Positions 20,375 through 30,148 of a stretch of 64,000 nucleotides of DNA are shown in pieces. The stretch comes from Alphaproteobacteria bacterium. Its GTDB lineage: Bacteria; Pseudomonadota; Alphaproteobacteria; Bin95. The DNA lies in NCBI GenBank assembly GCA_963665325.3, contig OZ224045.1, forward strand, positions 1,664,001-1,728,000, read 5' to 3'. Numbering within the stretch: position 1 is the stretch's first letter; each line of letters begins with the position of its first letter. The notes beneath the pieces are model-generated. The model did not search any database. It was given only the letters and a program-made list of their open reading frames with translations, and had not been told where the DNA came from. The position numbers were made by a program, and so were the translations under genes.

Positions 20375-20579
20375 GTATCCCGGAATCGCAGTGCGTTGCA
20401 CTGCAAAACAGCCGTCCGGGCGCCTCCATCCTGTCATGCTGTCTAACGTCAGCGCCTGTGGGACAGGCTGAGGAATTTTCATAAGGGAGGATTTCTGGCT
20501 CATCGCAGTGACCGAAGGGAACGAAGATGAGACTCCCGGCCGTTGCGGCCGCCGCTACTATTGGGCGGCGGGGCGGCCC

Positions 20580-20881
20580 GGTTCGAAGAGGTACGTCAGC
20601 CGGTCGAATTTGCCCGCTTGCGCATGAACCGGCCTGCTGCGAATACCCCGGCCAGGATGACGAAGCCGGCGGCGTTCGAGGACGCGGAGAATCGTATTCG
20701 GGAGAGCGTGAACGCGCTGGGCTACGAGGTACTGGGGCCTGGATCGAGCACCTTGACGACGGGGCTCTGCGGGTCGAACGGGCCGGGCAGCGGCGGTTCC
20801 GTGTGGCGGCCCCCGCCTTCGCGAGGGCAGGCTTTGCCGAAGACGATCATGAGCACACTCGGCCCGGTGACCTACAGGCGG
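20580..20881 (+). pseudogene. Degenerate transposase 5' fragment, possibly ISKra4/ISLre2-like
   Basis: Joined across frameshifts: FEDAENRIRESVNALGYEVLG/AWIEHLDDGALRVERAGQRRFRV/PKTIMSTLGPVTYRR. Family assignment is by eye and weak. Confidence 0.4.
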
Positions 20882-21135
20882 GGGATATCCGCGGGCCAGT
20901 GGTCGGAAGAGTGCTGGATCATTTGGGCATTGAGACGGCCTGCCGCGAGGCAGCGAATGCCTCCGGATCGGAGTCCGGGGCCGGGCGCGGGACGGCGGCG
21001 GCGATGGAGGAGACGGGCGCCGGCCGTGCGGCGCGCGGTTTCAACGCCGGTCGGCGCCGCTAGCTGTCGAACCTGCCTGACTTCGAGGGTGAAAGACCGT
21101 CCGCTCGACAACAGGCGGATCGGTCCTGCCTGCCG

Positions 21136-22308
21136 TTATCGTCTCAATGTCATGCCTTCTGTCGCCTCTCCCGCCATGACCCGCGCCATCGCGGCCCCAA
21201 CCCGCTCCGCTGCCTTTTCAATGTCGCGATCCGCGAGATGGGCGTAACGCAGCGTCATCTGCACGTTGGAGTGCCCGAGCAGGCGGGAGACGACCGGCAC
21301 CGGCACGCCGTTCATCACGGCATGGCTTGCCATCGTGTGACGCAGGTCGTGAAGGCGGACGTCCTCGATTCCGGCCTCGCGGCGCACGCGATACCACAGT
21401 TTGAGATCGTGGCAGCGCGGCCGGGCGGGGTCGTGCGGCGAGGGAAACACGAACGGGCCGGCCCTGCGCGGCTGCCGGTCGAGGATCGCGCGGGCGCCGC
21501 TGCCGATCGGCACCGTCCTCGGCCCCGTCTTGCTGTCCTTGAGGGCCAGCATGCCGTCGTGAACCTCGGACCAGCGCAGGCCCATGATCTCGCCTTTGCG
21601 GCAGCCGGTGAGCAGCAGCAGGCGGACGATGTCGGCCTGCTGCCGGTCGCCGTTGCGGGTCTGCGCGTCGAGGACCCGGTGGAGACGGGTGAGTTCCTCC
21701 GTGGACAGGAAGCGCGTGAGCTTCCGCTGCCGGTTGAACGCGATGCCTTCGGCGGGATTGCGTTCGATATGGCCGCAGGCGGCGGCGAAGTTCAGGATCT
21801 GCCGCAGGCGCTCAAGGATATGATTGGCATTGCCAGGGGCCGTGCGGCTGTGTCGCTCGAACCAGCGCCGGATGCCTGCATCGTTTATGCGGTCCAGCGG
21901 TTTCTCCCCGAAGATCGGCAGAAGATGGCCCGCCATCTGATAACGGACCGTCCGCTGCGTCGAAGGCTTGTAGGCGTCGAAATGCGCTTCCTTCCACGGA
22001 CCGGCGACGAAGTCCCGAAACAGCGGGGCCGCAGGCGCCGCCGCCTTCCCCTCAAGTTCCGGGCTCGCCCGGCGGACGTGGCATTCCCGGCGGGCTTTTT
22101 CCAGGCTCTTCACGCCGACCGGACCGAGCGAGACGCGTTTCGTGCGCCTGCCCGCGTCCAGCAACAGCACATAGCTGCGCCCGCCGGAGGGACGGACCCG
22201 AATGCCGAGGCCGGAAGCGCGGCTGTCCCAGACGGTGTATTCGCGCTCGCGGGGACGGAGGCGGACGATGGCCGCGTCGGTCAGTTTCATCCTCTCCCTC
22301 GCCGGCAT
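21136..22308 (-). CDS. Tyrosine recombinase/integrase with N-terminal arm-binding domain
   Basis: WDSRASGLGIRVRPSGGRSY arm domain. Catalytic TGCR, DSKTG, HDLRH, LGH, TLRY. Confidence 0.93.
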   Translation of the reverse strand: MPARERMKLTDAAIVRLRPREREYTVWDSRASGLGIRVRPSGGRSYVLLLDAGRRTKRVSLGPVGVKSLEKARRECHVRRASPELEGKAAAPAAPLFRDFVAGPWKEAHFDAYKPSTQRTVRYQMAGHLLPIFGEKPLDRINDAGIRRWFERHSRTAPGNANHILERLRQILNFAAACGHIERNPAEGIAFNRQRKLTRFLSTEELTRLHRVLDAQTRNGDRQQADIVRLLLLTGCRKGEIMGLRWSEVHDGMLALKDSKTGPRTVPIGSGARAILDRQPRRAGPFVFPSPHDPARPRCHDLKLWYRVRREAGIEDVRLHDLRHTMASHAVMNGVPVPVVSRLLGHSNVQMTLRYAHLADRDIEKAAERVGAAMARVMAGEATEGMTLRR

Positions 22309-22311
22309 GGG

Positions 22312-23433
22312 TCAGCCCTCGAGAGCGGCGCCGACCGTCTCGGCGGCGTCGCGTACCATGGCGTCGGCAAGGTGGATGTATTTCAGGGTCGTCTCCGGCT
22401 TGCGGTGACCGAGCAGCCGGCCGATCGCCAGCACGGTCTCGCCCTGCCTGAGGGCCAGACTGGCCACGGTGTGGCGCAGGTCGTGCAGATGTGCGTCTCC
22501 GAGGTCCGCCTCGGCGCGGACCCTGAACCAGAAATGATCCAGCCAGTCGATGCTCCGGTGCCGGTCGCCCCGCAAGGACGGGAACACCCAGCGCCCGTTT
22601 CTCCCGATGCCGTCGAGAACGCCGCGCGCCGGTCCGGACAACCAGACGGTTCTCGGACCGGTCTTGCTGTCGCGGAGATGTAAATGACCGTCCCGGTAGT
22701 CGGACCATTGCAGGGTCAGTATCTCGCTCTTGCGGCATCCGGTGAGCAAAAGCAGGCGGATGAGCGCGACCTGCCCGGGCCATCGGGCTTCGTGCGCGGC
22801 GAGCCTGGCGGACAGGCGGCGGATTTCATCGTCGGACAGGAACCGTTCGCGGCCCTTGCGGCGGTAGCGCCTGATGCCCCGGCAGGGATTGGAGCCTTCC
22901 GGGCGCAGACCCATCCGCTCCGCTTCTCTCATGATGACGGACAGCACCGGCATGGACCGGTCGGCGGCGGCGGGCGTGGCCCGCAGGCGGGCGAACCAGT
23001 TCCGCACCTCCTGCCGGTTGATGTCGGCAATCGGACGCCTGGCGAAATGCGGCAGGATCTGGTTGTGCAGATAGCCGCGATTGACTGCGAGCGTTCCCGG
23101 CTTCCAGACCCCCTCGTGACGCCGGAACGCGGCTTCGGCGACGGCCCCGAACGGCATCTCGCCGGGCGGGGCAGGTTCGTCCTCGCCGCGCCGGATGGCG
23201 ATGAGCATCTCGCCTGCCAGAAACCGCGCCTCGGACACGCTCAGGCTGCCGGCGTTGCCGACGATCTTCCAGACGCGCTCTCCATGATGCTGGCACTGGA
23301 TGAAGAACTGCTTGCGGCCCGAGGGCGACACGCGGACGCCAAAGCCTCTCAGCTTGCCGTCGCGGATGTCGCGGACCGTCTTGCGGGGTTTGAGCGCCCT
23401 GACGCGGGCGTCGGTAAGGGTGGCTCTGGGCAA
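22312..23433 (-). CDS. Second, paralogous tyrosine recombinase with arm-binding domain
   Basis: RDGKLRGFGVRVSPSGRKQF; TGCR, DSKTG, HDLRH, LGH, TLKY. TTG start after GGGAGAAG; 3 bp from the next gene. Confidence 0.92.
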   Translation of the reverse strand: MPRATLTDARVRALKPRKTVRDIRDGKLRGFGVRVSPSGRKQFFIQCQHHGERVWKIVGNAGSLSVSEARFLAGEMLIAIRRGEDEPAPPGEMPFGAVAEAAFRRHEGVWKPGTLAVNRGYLHNQILPHFARRPIADINRQEVRNWFARLRATPAAADRSMPVLSVIMREAERMGLRPEGSNPCRGIRRYRRKGRERFLSDDEIRRLSARLAAHEARWPGQVALIRLLLLTGCRKSEILTLQWSDYRDGHLHLRDSKTGPRTVWLSGPARGVLDGIGRNGRWVFPSLRGDRHRSIDWLDHFWFRVRAEADLGDAHLHDLRHTVASLALRQGETVLAIGRLLGHRKPETTLKYIHLADAMVRDAAETVGAALEG

Positions 23434-23534
23434 ATGACTTCTCCCGGCTCCGGTTGCAGTCGGGGAACAGGCACTTGCGAACCCGTGTCCCGACCGCTAC
23501 ATTTCGGGAGAAAAAACGACGCTATATCCGATAG

Positions 23535-26500
23535 TTAGCACCCACCGGTGCGTGTGACGGTGTGGGCGGTCGTGGTTGCAGTGCTGTCGGGAACGTCGGT
23601 CCAGTCGCCGTAACCGCCCGTGGTCTTGTAGCTGTATTGCCAGCTGGTGATGGTGCTGTTGCCGGGGTCGGTCCAGCTCAGCGAGACCTGCCCGTCGCCC
23701 GCGGTCGCGGCGAAGCCTGTCGGCTTGGCCGGCACGGCGAGCGGGGTTGCGGTTTTCTCGTCGGATGCCGCACCGTTTCCGCTGACGTTTACGGCGCGGA
23801 CCTTGAAGGTGTGAGCGGTGCCGTTGGTGAGCCCGGTGACGATGTGGGCGGTCGTGGTTGCAGTGCTGTCGGGAACGTCGGTCCAGTCACCGTAACCGCC
23901 CGTGGTCTTGTAGCTGTATTGCCAGCCGGAGATGGTGCTGTTGCCGGGGTCGGTCCAGCTCAGCGAGACCTGTCCGTCGCCCGCTGCGGCGGCGAAGCCC
24001 GTGGGCTTGGCCGGTACGGCGAGCGGGGTTGCGGTTTTCTCGTCGGATGCCGCACCGTTTCCGCTGACGTTTACGGCGCGGACCTTGAAGGTGTGGGCGG
24101 TTCCGTTGGTGAGCCCGGTGACGATGTGGGCGGTCGTGGTTGCAGTGCTGTCGGGAACGTCGGTCCAGTCGCCATAGCCGCCCGTGGTCTTGTAGCTGTA
24201 TTGCCAGCCGGCGATGGTCGCGTTCGACGGGTCGTCCCATGCCAAGACAACCAGTGCCTCTCCGGGCGTCGCCGTGAAACCGGCCGGTTTGGCCGGAGGG
24301 GGCAATATCGGCGTCACCGTCACCTCGTCCGATGCCTCGCTGTTGCCTCCGCCGTTTACAGCGCGAATCGTGAGCGTATGGGCGACGCCGTTGGTGAGCC
24401 CGGTGACGGGATAACCGGTTGTCGTTGCGGTGCTGTCGGGAATGTCGGCCCAGTCGCCATAGCCGCCTGTTGTTTTGTAGGCGTATTGCCATTTGGAAAT
24501 GGTTGCGTTCGACGGATCGTCCCATGTCAACGCCGCCCGGCCATCGCCCGCTGTCGCCGAAAGGCCCGTAGGCTTGGCCGGAGGCGGCGGCTGTGGCGTC
24601 GCGGTCCGCTCGTCCGATTCGTAGCCATTGGTGCCGTTAACCGCACGAATCTTGAAAACATAAGTCGTGCCGTTATCGAGGCTCATTACAGCGTATCGGG
24701 CGGTCTTCGCGCCGCTGCCGGGAATGCTCCTCCAATGGTCCATATAATCGCTGCCCGGCGTCTTGTAGTTGTATTGCCAGTCCTCGATGCTGGCATCGTC
24801 TGGGTCGTTCCATGTCAGCACGACTTGGCCGTTGCCGGCCTCGGCCCCGAAGCCCGTTGGCTTGGCCGGAGCCGCAAATTGAGGCGTAGCGAACGCCTCG
24901 TCGGACTGCAGCCCGGCGCCGCTTCCGTTGACTGCGTGAATCCTGAAAGTATAGGCCGTGCCGTTGGTCAGGCCGGTTACGGTGTAGCGGACCGTCGTGG
25001 CGCCGCTACCGGGGATGTCCGTCCAGGCGCCGTAATCCCCGGTCGTCTTCAGGCTGTATTGCCAGCCGGCGATGCTGCTGTTGCCGGGGTCGGTCCAGAG
25101 CAGCCTTGCCTGCGTGTTGCCTGCTACGATCCGGAAGCCGGCAGGCTTCGCCGGGACCGGTATGGGTGTGGCGGCGACGCCTTCGGACTCCGCTCCATCG
25201 CCGCTGCCGTTGACAGCCCTGATCCTGAATACATGCTCCACTTCGTTCGTGAGGCCCGTAACGGTATGTTCCGTGGTTTGGGCGCCGCTGCCGGAAATAT
25301 CGATCCAGTCGCCATAGTCGCCTGCGGTTTTCCAAGAATACTGCCACCCGGCGATCGAGGCGTTCATCGGGTCGTTCCATTCGAGGACGACCTGCGCATC
25401 CCTCGCGGTGACGGCAAAGCCCGCCGGCTTCGCCGGAACCGAAAGCGGCGTCGCGGAAGCCTCGTCGGACTCCGGGCCGTCGCCGACATCGTTCACCGCC
25501 CGTATCCTGATCGTATAGGTCGTTCCGTTGATTAGGCTACCGACCGTATGGCTGGTGGTAGTTGCGCCGCTGCCGGGAATATCGGTCCAATCTCCGTAAT
25601 CTCCGGAGGTCTTGTAGGTGTATTGCCACTTCAGGATCGAGGCGTCGGAAGGGTCCGTCCACGACAGGGTAATCTGTCCATCGCCCGTCAGCACGGCGAG
25701 GCCCGTCGGCTTGTCCGGAGTCCTTGCCGTCGGAGTAGTCGAAACTTCATCAGATTCCGCGCCACCGCCGACATTGTTGACGGCGCGAATCTTGAATGTG
25801 TAAAGGGTGTCGTTTGCAAGCGTGGAAACGACATGGCGCACCGTGGTCGCGCCGCTTTCCGCGATGTCGGTCCAGTCGCCGTAACCGGCTGTCGTCTTGT
25901 AGGCGTATTGCCATTTTTCGATCGTATCGTCGTCCGGGTTGTCCCAGGTCAGCGTGGCCTTGCGGTTCCCGGGCTCGACCGAGAATCCTGTCGGTTTTTC
26001 GGGAGCAGAAACCATCGGTATGGTCGATACTTCATCTGAAATAGGGCTGAATCCAAAGGAATTATATGATCTTACCTGAAACGTGTATTCGGTGCTGTTT
26101 TCGAGACTGTCGACGATATGGGTTGTCGTGTAGGCACTGGAACCTGGTATGGGGTCCCAGCTTCCGTATGAGCCACCCGATTCTTTCTGTCTGTAGTCCC
26201 AGATCTGTATGCTGATATAATCTGCCTCGTCCCATGTCAGAGTAGCTGTTCCGTTGCCGGGGGCGACTTGCAACCCTGTCGGTTTGTTCGGAGAAAAGCC
26301 GTAAGATTCGCCAGTTTTCTCTGAAGATTGAATGCCATTACCGGTATCATTAACCGCTCGAATCGCCAAATCATAGAACTTGTTATTTGCGAGTCCGGTA
26401 ACGGTATGGCGTCTTGTGTTCGGACCACTCCCTTCCATATCCATCCATTCACCGTAGGAGATGTCCGTATTCAGTTTGTATCTATATTGCCACTTGGTAA

Positions 26501-26738
26501 TCGTCGCATCGTCCGGGCCCGTCCAACGCAAGCCGATCTCCTTGTAGCCATCGACTACCGTGAATCCAGTCGGCTTCGCCGGGGCCGTCTGCGCGCCGAC
26601 TCCGCCTGGCATGACCACCGCGGCGCAGGCCAGCAGGGCCGCTACAGAAGCGCACCGCCAGCACTGCGAAATCGCGGCCAGGCGCGGCAATCCGAGGCCG
26701 CCCGGCGTCGAAAACAAAAGCTGCCCCCCTCTCTGCAC
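23535..26738 (-). CDS. Secreted fibronectin type III repeat protein (10 full and 1 partial FN3), C-terminally truncated
   Basis: Signal peptide ending ..GVGA-QT. Eleven PxKPxG..W..WQY.YK..W.DIP..GLTNG..F.IRAVN units. The last unit breaks off at HTVT-RTGGC*. Confidence 0.88.
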   Translation of the reverse strand: MQRGGQLLFSTPGGLGLPRLAAISQCWRCASVAALLACAAVVMPGGVGAQTAPAKPTGFTVVDGYKEIGLRWTGPDDATITKWQYRYKLNTDISYGEWMDMEGSGPNTRRHTVTGLANNKFYDLAIRAVNDTGNGIQSSEKTGESYGFSPNKPTGLQVAPGNGTATLTWDEADYISIQIWDYRQKESGGSYGSWDPIPGSSAYTTTHIVDSLENSTEYTFQVRSYNSFGFSPISDEVSTIPMVSAPEKPTGFSVEPGNRKATLTWDNPDDDTIEKWQYAYKTTAGYGDWTDIAESGATTVRHVVSTLANDTLYTFKIRAVNNVGGGAESDEVSTTPTARTPDKPTGLAVLTGDGQITLSWTDPSDASILKWQYTYKTSGDYGDWTDIPGSGATTTSHTVGSLINGTTYTIRIRAVNDVGDGPESDEASATPLSVPAKPAGFAVTARDAQVVLEWNDPMNASIAGWQYSWKTAGDYGDWIDISGSGAQTTEHTVTGLTNEVEHVFRIRAVNGSGDGAESEGVAATPIPVPAKPAGFRIVAGNTQARLLWTDPGNSSIAGWQYSLKTTGDYGAWTDIPGSGATTVRYTVTGLTNGTAYTFRIHAVNGSGAGLQSDEAFATPQFAAPAKPTGFGAEAGNGQVVLTWNDPDDASIEDWQYNYKTPGSDYMDHWRSIPGSGAKTARYAVMSLDNGTTYVFKIRAVNGTNGYESDERTATPQPPPPAKPTGLSATAGDGRAALTWDDPSNATISKWQYAYKTTGGYGDWADIPDSTATTTGYPVTGLTNGVAHTLTIRAVNGGGNSEASDEVTVTPILPPPAKPAGFTATPGEALVVLAWDDPSNATIAGWQYSYKTTGGYGDWTDVPDSTATTTAHIVTGLTNGTAHTFKVRAVNVSGNGAASDEKTATPLAVPAKPTGFAAAAGDGQVSLSWTDPGNSTISGWQYSYKTTGGYGDWTDVPDSTATTTAHIVTGLTNGTAHTFKVRAVNVSGNGAASDEKTATPLAVPAKPTGFAATAGDGQVSLSWTDPGNSTITSWQYSYKTTGGYGDWTDVPDSTATTTAHTVTRTGGC
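23555..24210. repeat. Near-identical 282-bp tandem repeat (about 2.3 copies) encoding FN3 units 9-11
   Basis: TGTGGGCGGTCGTGGTTGCAGTGCTGTCGGGAACGTCGGTCCAGTC recurs at 23561, 23843 and 24125. Confidence 0.9.
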
Positions 26739-26988
26739 GCCGAAGCTGAGCGGCTACGGAGTACCTGTGTTCGCAATCACCGATTCGGAAGTGAACCGGC
26801 TCGCTCCCCAAGGTCGTCGGTGTTCATGTCCTTCCTGCCGATGCAGTTCCCGAATGATCACATCCCGCAAATCGATCCGGTAACGCGGACGCGCTATCGT
26901 CTGCACGTCCCGCCGAACTTCCGTAATGCTGTGCATTTGAAGTTCCAAATGCATTTTTCAAAAAACCAAATGCAAAACAGGAATAATG

Positions 26989-27547
26989 TGTATTAGCTGG
27001 GACTTAATCTGGCAGATTGGTAATAACTGGCGGGTTTCTGACCACGGGGCGGGGCATGCCCTGGTCCGTGGTCGCCCGAAAAGGAACCTGAGGATGATTA
27101 AGGACCAGAAGATCATTCGAGCGAAGGTGGGCCTGCTGGAGCTGGCCAAGCAGCTCGGCAATGTCAGCCAGGCCTGCAAGATGATGGGCTACAGCCGGGA
27201 CAGCTTCTACCGCTTCAAGGAGCTCTACGACAAAGGCGGGGAAGCGGCCCTGATGGAGATCAGCCGCTCGAAGCCGATCCTGAGGAACCGGGTGGCGCCG
27301 GAGATCGAGAAGGCGGTGGTGGCGCTGGCGATCGACCAGCCGGCCTGGGGCCAGGTGCGGGTGTCGAACGCGCTGCGCTCGTGCGGCCTGTCGGTCTCGC
27401 CGGCCGGGGTTCGCTGCGTGTGGCAGCGCCACGACCTGGAGAACATGAACAAGCGTCTGAAGGCGCTGGAGGCCAAGGCCGCACAGGATGGCCTCGTGTT
27501 CACCGAAGACCAGATCGCGGCGCTCGAGAAGGCCAAGGCCGACAAGG
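26989..27547 (+). mobile_element. IS481-family remnant (left end plus transposase N-terminus from ATG 27094)
   Basis: TGT-starting end TGTATTAGCTGGGACTTAATCTGGCA; [40 protein letters not shown]. Truncated before the DDE domain. Confidence 0.88.
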
Positions 27548-27554
27548 GGGCATC

Positions 27555-27630
27555 ACTGGCGCAATTCTGCGCCGCCGCGACCCGACCAACCGGGCGCTTC
27601 CTGTGGAGCATTATTCCGCCGCCGTTAACA
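27555..27630 (+). mobile_element. Orphan IS21-family right end
   Basis: Two direct repeats, TGGCGCAATTCTGCGCCGCCG and TGGAGCATTATTCCGCCGCCG, ending in TTAACA (terminal CA). Similar to the repeat at 17654-17676. Confidence 0.65.
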
Positions 27631-27744
27631 CCCGTATCTATCGCCCACGCGACCGGGAGCGGCCCCCTGCCTGTTGAGAGGCACAATCCACCGCCGGCGC
27701 GCATTCCCCTGCAGTTTGAATTGCGGCCCGACGGCGCGCCAGTA

Positions 27745-29283
27745 TCAGGTTCGCGAGCGACGCTCCAGCGGCGGGTTGCGCGGCTCGGGGAATCCTTCGC
27801 GGATCTTGTCGGCCAGTTCGTCCCGGACGGAGCGGTAGCCGGGGTCGTCCCAGAGGTTCACCCATTGCCGCGGGTCTTCCCGGACATCGTACAACTCGCC
27901 CTCGCCGCCATGGTAATAGTTGGTCGGCGCGTAAGTCGTGCAAAGGAACCCCGAGCGGTCGTAAATCGATCGCAGGCGTATCTCCAGGCCGGATTTCTCC
28001 GCATCCCACTGGCAAATCGCGTGCTCCCGCTCCGGTGCCGGTGCAAGCGGAAGGGCCGCGCCCTCCATCCACGACGCCCGGTCCAGCCCGGCAATCCCTG
28101 CAAATGTAGGCGCGAGGTCCACATGACCCACCGGATCGTCGATGCGCGTCCCCGCCACGTCGAGCCCGGCGCTTGCGGCCGGCAGCCAGATCAGCGGCAG
28201 CCGCATCAGGGCATCGACATGGAACGGCCCCTTGAACATCAGCCCGAAATCGCCCTGAGTGGTGCCATGATCGGTGGTGAAGAAGACGTCGGTCTCCGCG
28301 AGCCACCCGCGCGCCTCCAGCCAATCGAGAATTCGTCCCAGCGCCTCGTCGATCAACTCGTTCTGGACGTGCACCATCGCGTCGATTTCCCGAACATTGT
28401 CCGCTGTCATCGTCGACGGCACGAAATCGTCCGGGGTTTCCTCGGCGATGTCCGCCTTGCCGAGATAGAAGTCGAGCCAGTGCCTGGGCTTTTGCGACAG
28501 CAGTTCAACCGCTTTCTTGTGCGAGCCCGGATGGCCGGGCGGCAGGTCGAGATCGCGCCAGGGAACTCGGCCGAGCTCGGAGTGGGGTGGATCGAAGGGG
28601 TGATGCGGATCGGGGAAGCTTACCCAGAGGAACCAGTCGTCGCCGGCGCCGAGCGTCGCGAGCCAGTCGGTCGCCCGGTCCGCCACCCATTCGGTGTGGT
28701 AGAGTTCGCGCGGACAACCGTTGAAATGGACTTGGATCGCGTCGGTCTCCCCGCCTCGCAGATTATTGGGGCCGTTCCTGGGCCCCACCGGTGGGTAGAA
28801 CATCTCAACTTGCTCGCGATGGTTGTCCGCCATCCAGCTGCTGTAATGCGTCACGCAGCGATAGGAGTGTGCGCTGTGGACCGCGAGCGAGAGATGGTCG
28901 AAACCGCGATAGGGGCCGTGATTGTCAGCGGTCGCGGCGGTTGCCTCGAAGGCGGTGGAATCCACCATCGGCTGCCAGTGCGCCTTGCCTACCAACGCCG
29001 TTCGGTAGCCGGCCTGCCGTTTCAGCATGGCGGCGATACTTGGGTCGGCTTCGGGTAGCGAGTAGCCGTTGCGGAAGACGCCATGGGTGTTGACGTGCTG
29101 GCCGGTGACGATAGTGGAACGCGCAGGCATGCAGGTGACGTTCTGGGCGTAGGCGCGCTCATACAGCACGCCTTCCGCCGCCAGCCGATCCGCGACGGGG
29201 GTCCTCGCGATCCGCCCGCCATAGCAGCCGAGCCCGTCGAAGCGCTGCTCGTCGGTCGTCACGAAGAGTATGTTGCGTCCCAC
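27745..29283 (-). CDS. Cys-type (formylglycine-dependent) sulfatase
   Basis: [17 protein letters not shown] (CxPxR), [27 protein letters not shown] start after GGAGAGG. Confidence 0.92.
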   Translation of the reverse strand: MGRNILFVTTDEQRFDGLGCYGGRIARTPVADRLAAEGVLYERAYAQNVTCMPARSTIVTGQHVNTHGVFRNGYSLPEADPSIAAMLKRQAGYRTALVGKAHWQPMVDSTAFEATAATADNHGPYRGFDHLSLAVHSAHSYRCVTHYSSWMADNHREQVEMFYPPVGPRNGPNNLRGGETDAIQVHFNGCPRELYHTEWVADRATDWLATLGAGDDWFLWVSFPDPHHPFDPPHSELGRVPWRDLDLPPGHPGSHKKAVELLSQKPRHWLDFYLGKADIAEETPDDFVPSTMTADNVREIDAMVHVQNELIDEALGRILDWLEARGWLAETDVFFTTDHGTTQGDFGLMFKGPFHVDALMRLPLIWLPAASAGLDVAGTRIDDPVGHVDLAPTFAGIAGLDRASWMEGAALPLAPAPEREHAICQWDAEKSGLEIRLRSIYDRSGFLCTTYAPTNYYHGGEGELYDVREDPRQWVNLWDDPGYRSVRDELADKIREGFPEPRNPPLERRSRT

Positions 29284-29314
29284 TGGATAATCCTCTCCGG
29301 GCGCACGGCCCCGC

Positions 29315-30148
29315 TCAGCGGTCGGAGCCTTGGGTTGCACCCTGCACGAAGTGCCGCTGGACGAAGTAGCTGATCGCGAACATGGGCAGCAGGATGAAGG
29401 TTCCTGTCGCCGCCATCAGCTCCCAGCGGTCGCCTTCCTCGGTATAGAACGTACTCAGCGTCACCGGCAGGGTGACCGCCTCTTTCCTGGTCAGGATGAG
29501 CGCGTAGAGAAAATCGTTCCACGAGAAGATGAAGCAGAAGATCCCGGCAACGAACACGCCCGGGATGGTGACCGGGAGCACGATGTCCCGGATGACGCGC
29601 AGTCGTGTCGCTCCGTCCGTCATTGCCGCTTCCTCCATCTCGACCGGGATGGTGTCGATGAACCCCTTCAGCATCCAGATCGCGAAGGGCAGCACGATCG
29701 ACAGATTGATCCAGACCATGCCGGTCCAGGTATCGAGCAGATGGAGCTGCCGGAACATGAGAAAGAACGGCAGCACCACGACGATGGGCGGGACGAACTG
29801 AGTGGCCAGCACACCGAGAAACAGCGTCTTCTTGAACCTCATCGCGAAGCGGGAGAAGCTGTAGGCGGCAGCCAGCGCGACGGGAACGCCGATCAGAACC
29901 GTGAAGCCCGAGATCGCGATCGAGTTCAGCAGCCGATCGCCGACATAGAAGGGCCGTTCGAATATGGTGCGGAAATTGTCGAGCGTCGGCTCGAACCAGA
30001 GCGACATCGTATAAACTTCCGAGAGCGGCTTGATCGAGGTGAGGAAAATCCAGGCGATCGGTCCCAGCAGCACCGCCAGCAGGACCGCGATCGCAATCCC
30101 ACGCAGGCAGAAGAGAATATGTCCGCGACGCCGCGGGGAGACCGCCAT
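29315..30148 (-). CDS. Carbohydrate ABC permease (MalG-like)
   Basis: EMEEAAMTDGA EAA loop; FSWNDFLYAL. Confidence 0.9.
   Translation of the reverse strand: MAVSPRRRGHILFCLRGIAIAVLLAVLLGPIAWIFLTSIKPLSEVYTMSLWFEPTLDNFRTIFERPFYVGDRLLNSIAISGFTVLIGVPVALAAAYSFSRFAMRFKKTLFLGVLATQFVPPIVVVLPFFLMFRQLHLLDTWTGMVWINLSIVLPFAIWMLKGFIDTIPVEMEEAAMTDGATRLRVIRDIVLPVTIPGVFVAGIFCFIFSWNDFLYALILTRKEAVTLPVTLSTFYTEEGDRWELMAATGTFILLPMFAISYFVQRHFVQGATQGSDR

Noticed and set aside
20388-20404. Hairpin GCAGTGC-gtt-GCACTGC as a terminator
   Set aside because: The A-run is on the wrong side to give a U-tract on either strand.
21136-23433. Integron, prophage or RIT element
   Set aside because: No attC cassettes, no phage genes, and only two recombinases, both with arm-binding domains.
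23555-24210. Possible CRISPR array or DGR template/variable repeat
   Set aside because: The units are 282-bp in-frame coding repeats with no spacers; no cas or reverse transcriptase gene is present.
26986-29058. 690-aa ORF as one real protein
   Set aside because: Only about 150 aa are IS481 transposase; the rest is read-through across an IS21 end and antisense to the sulfatase.
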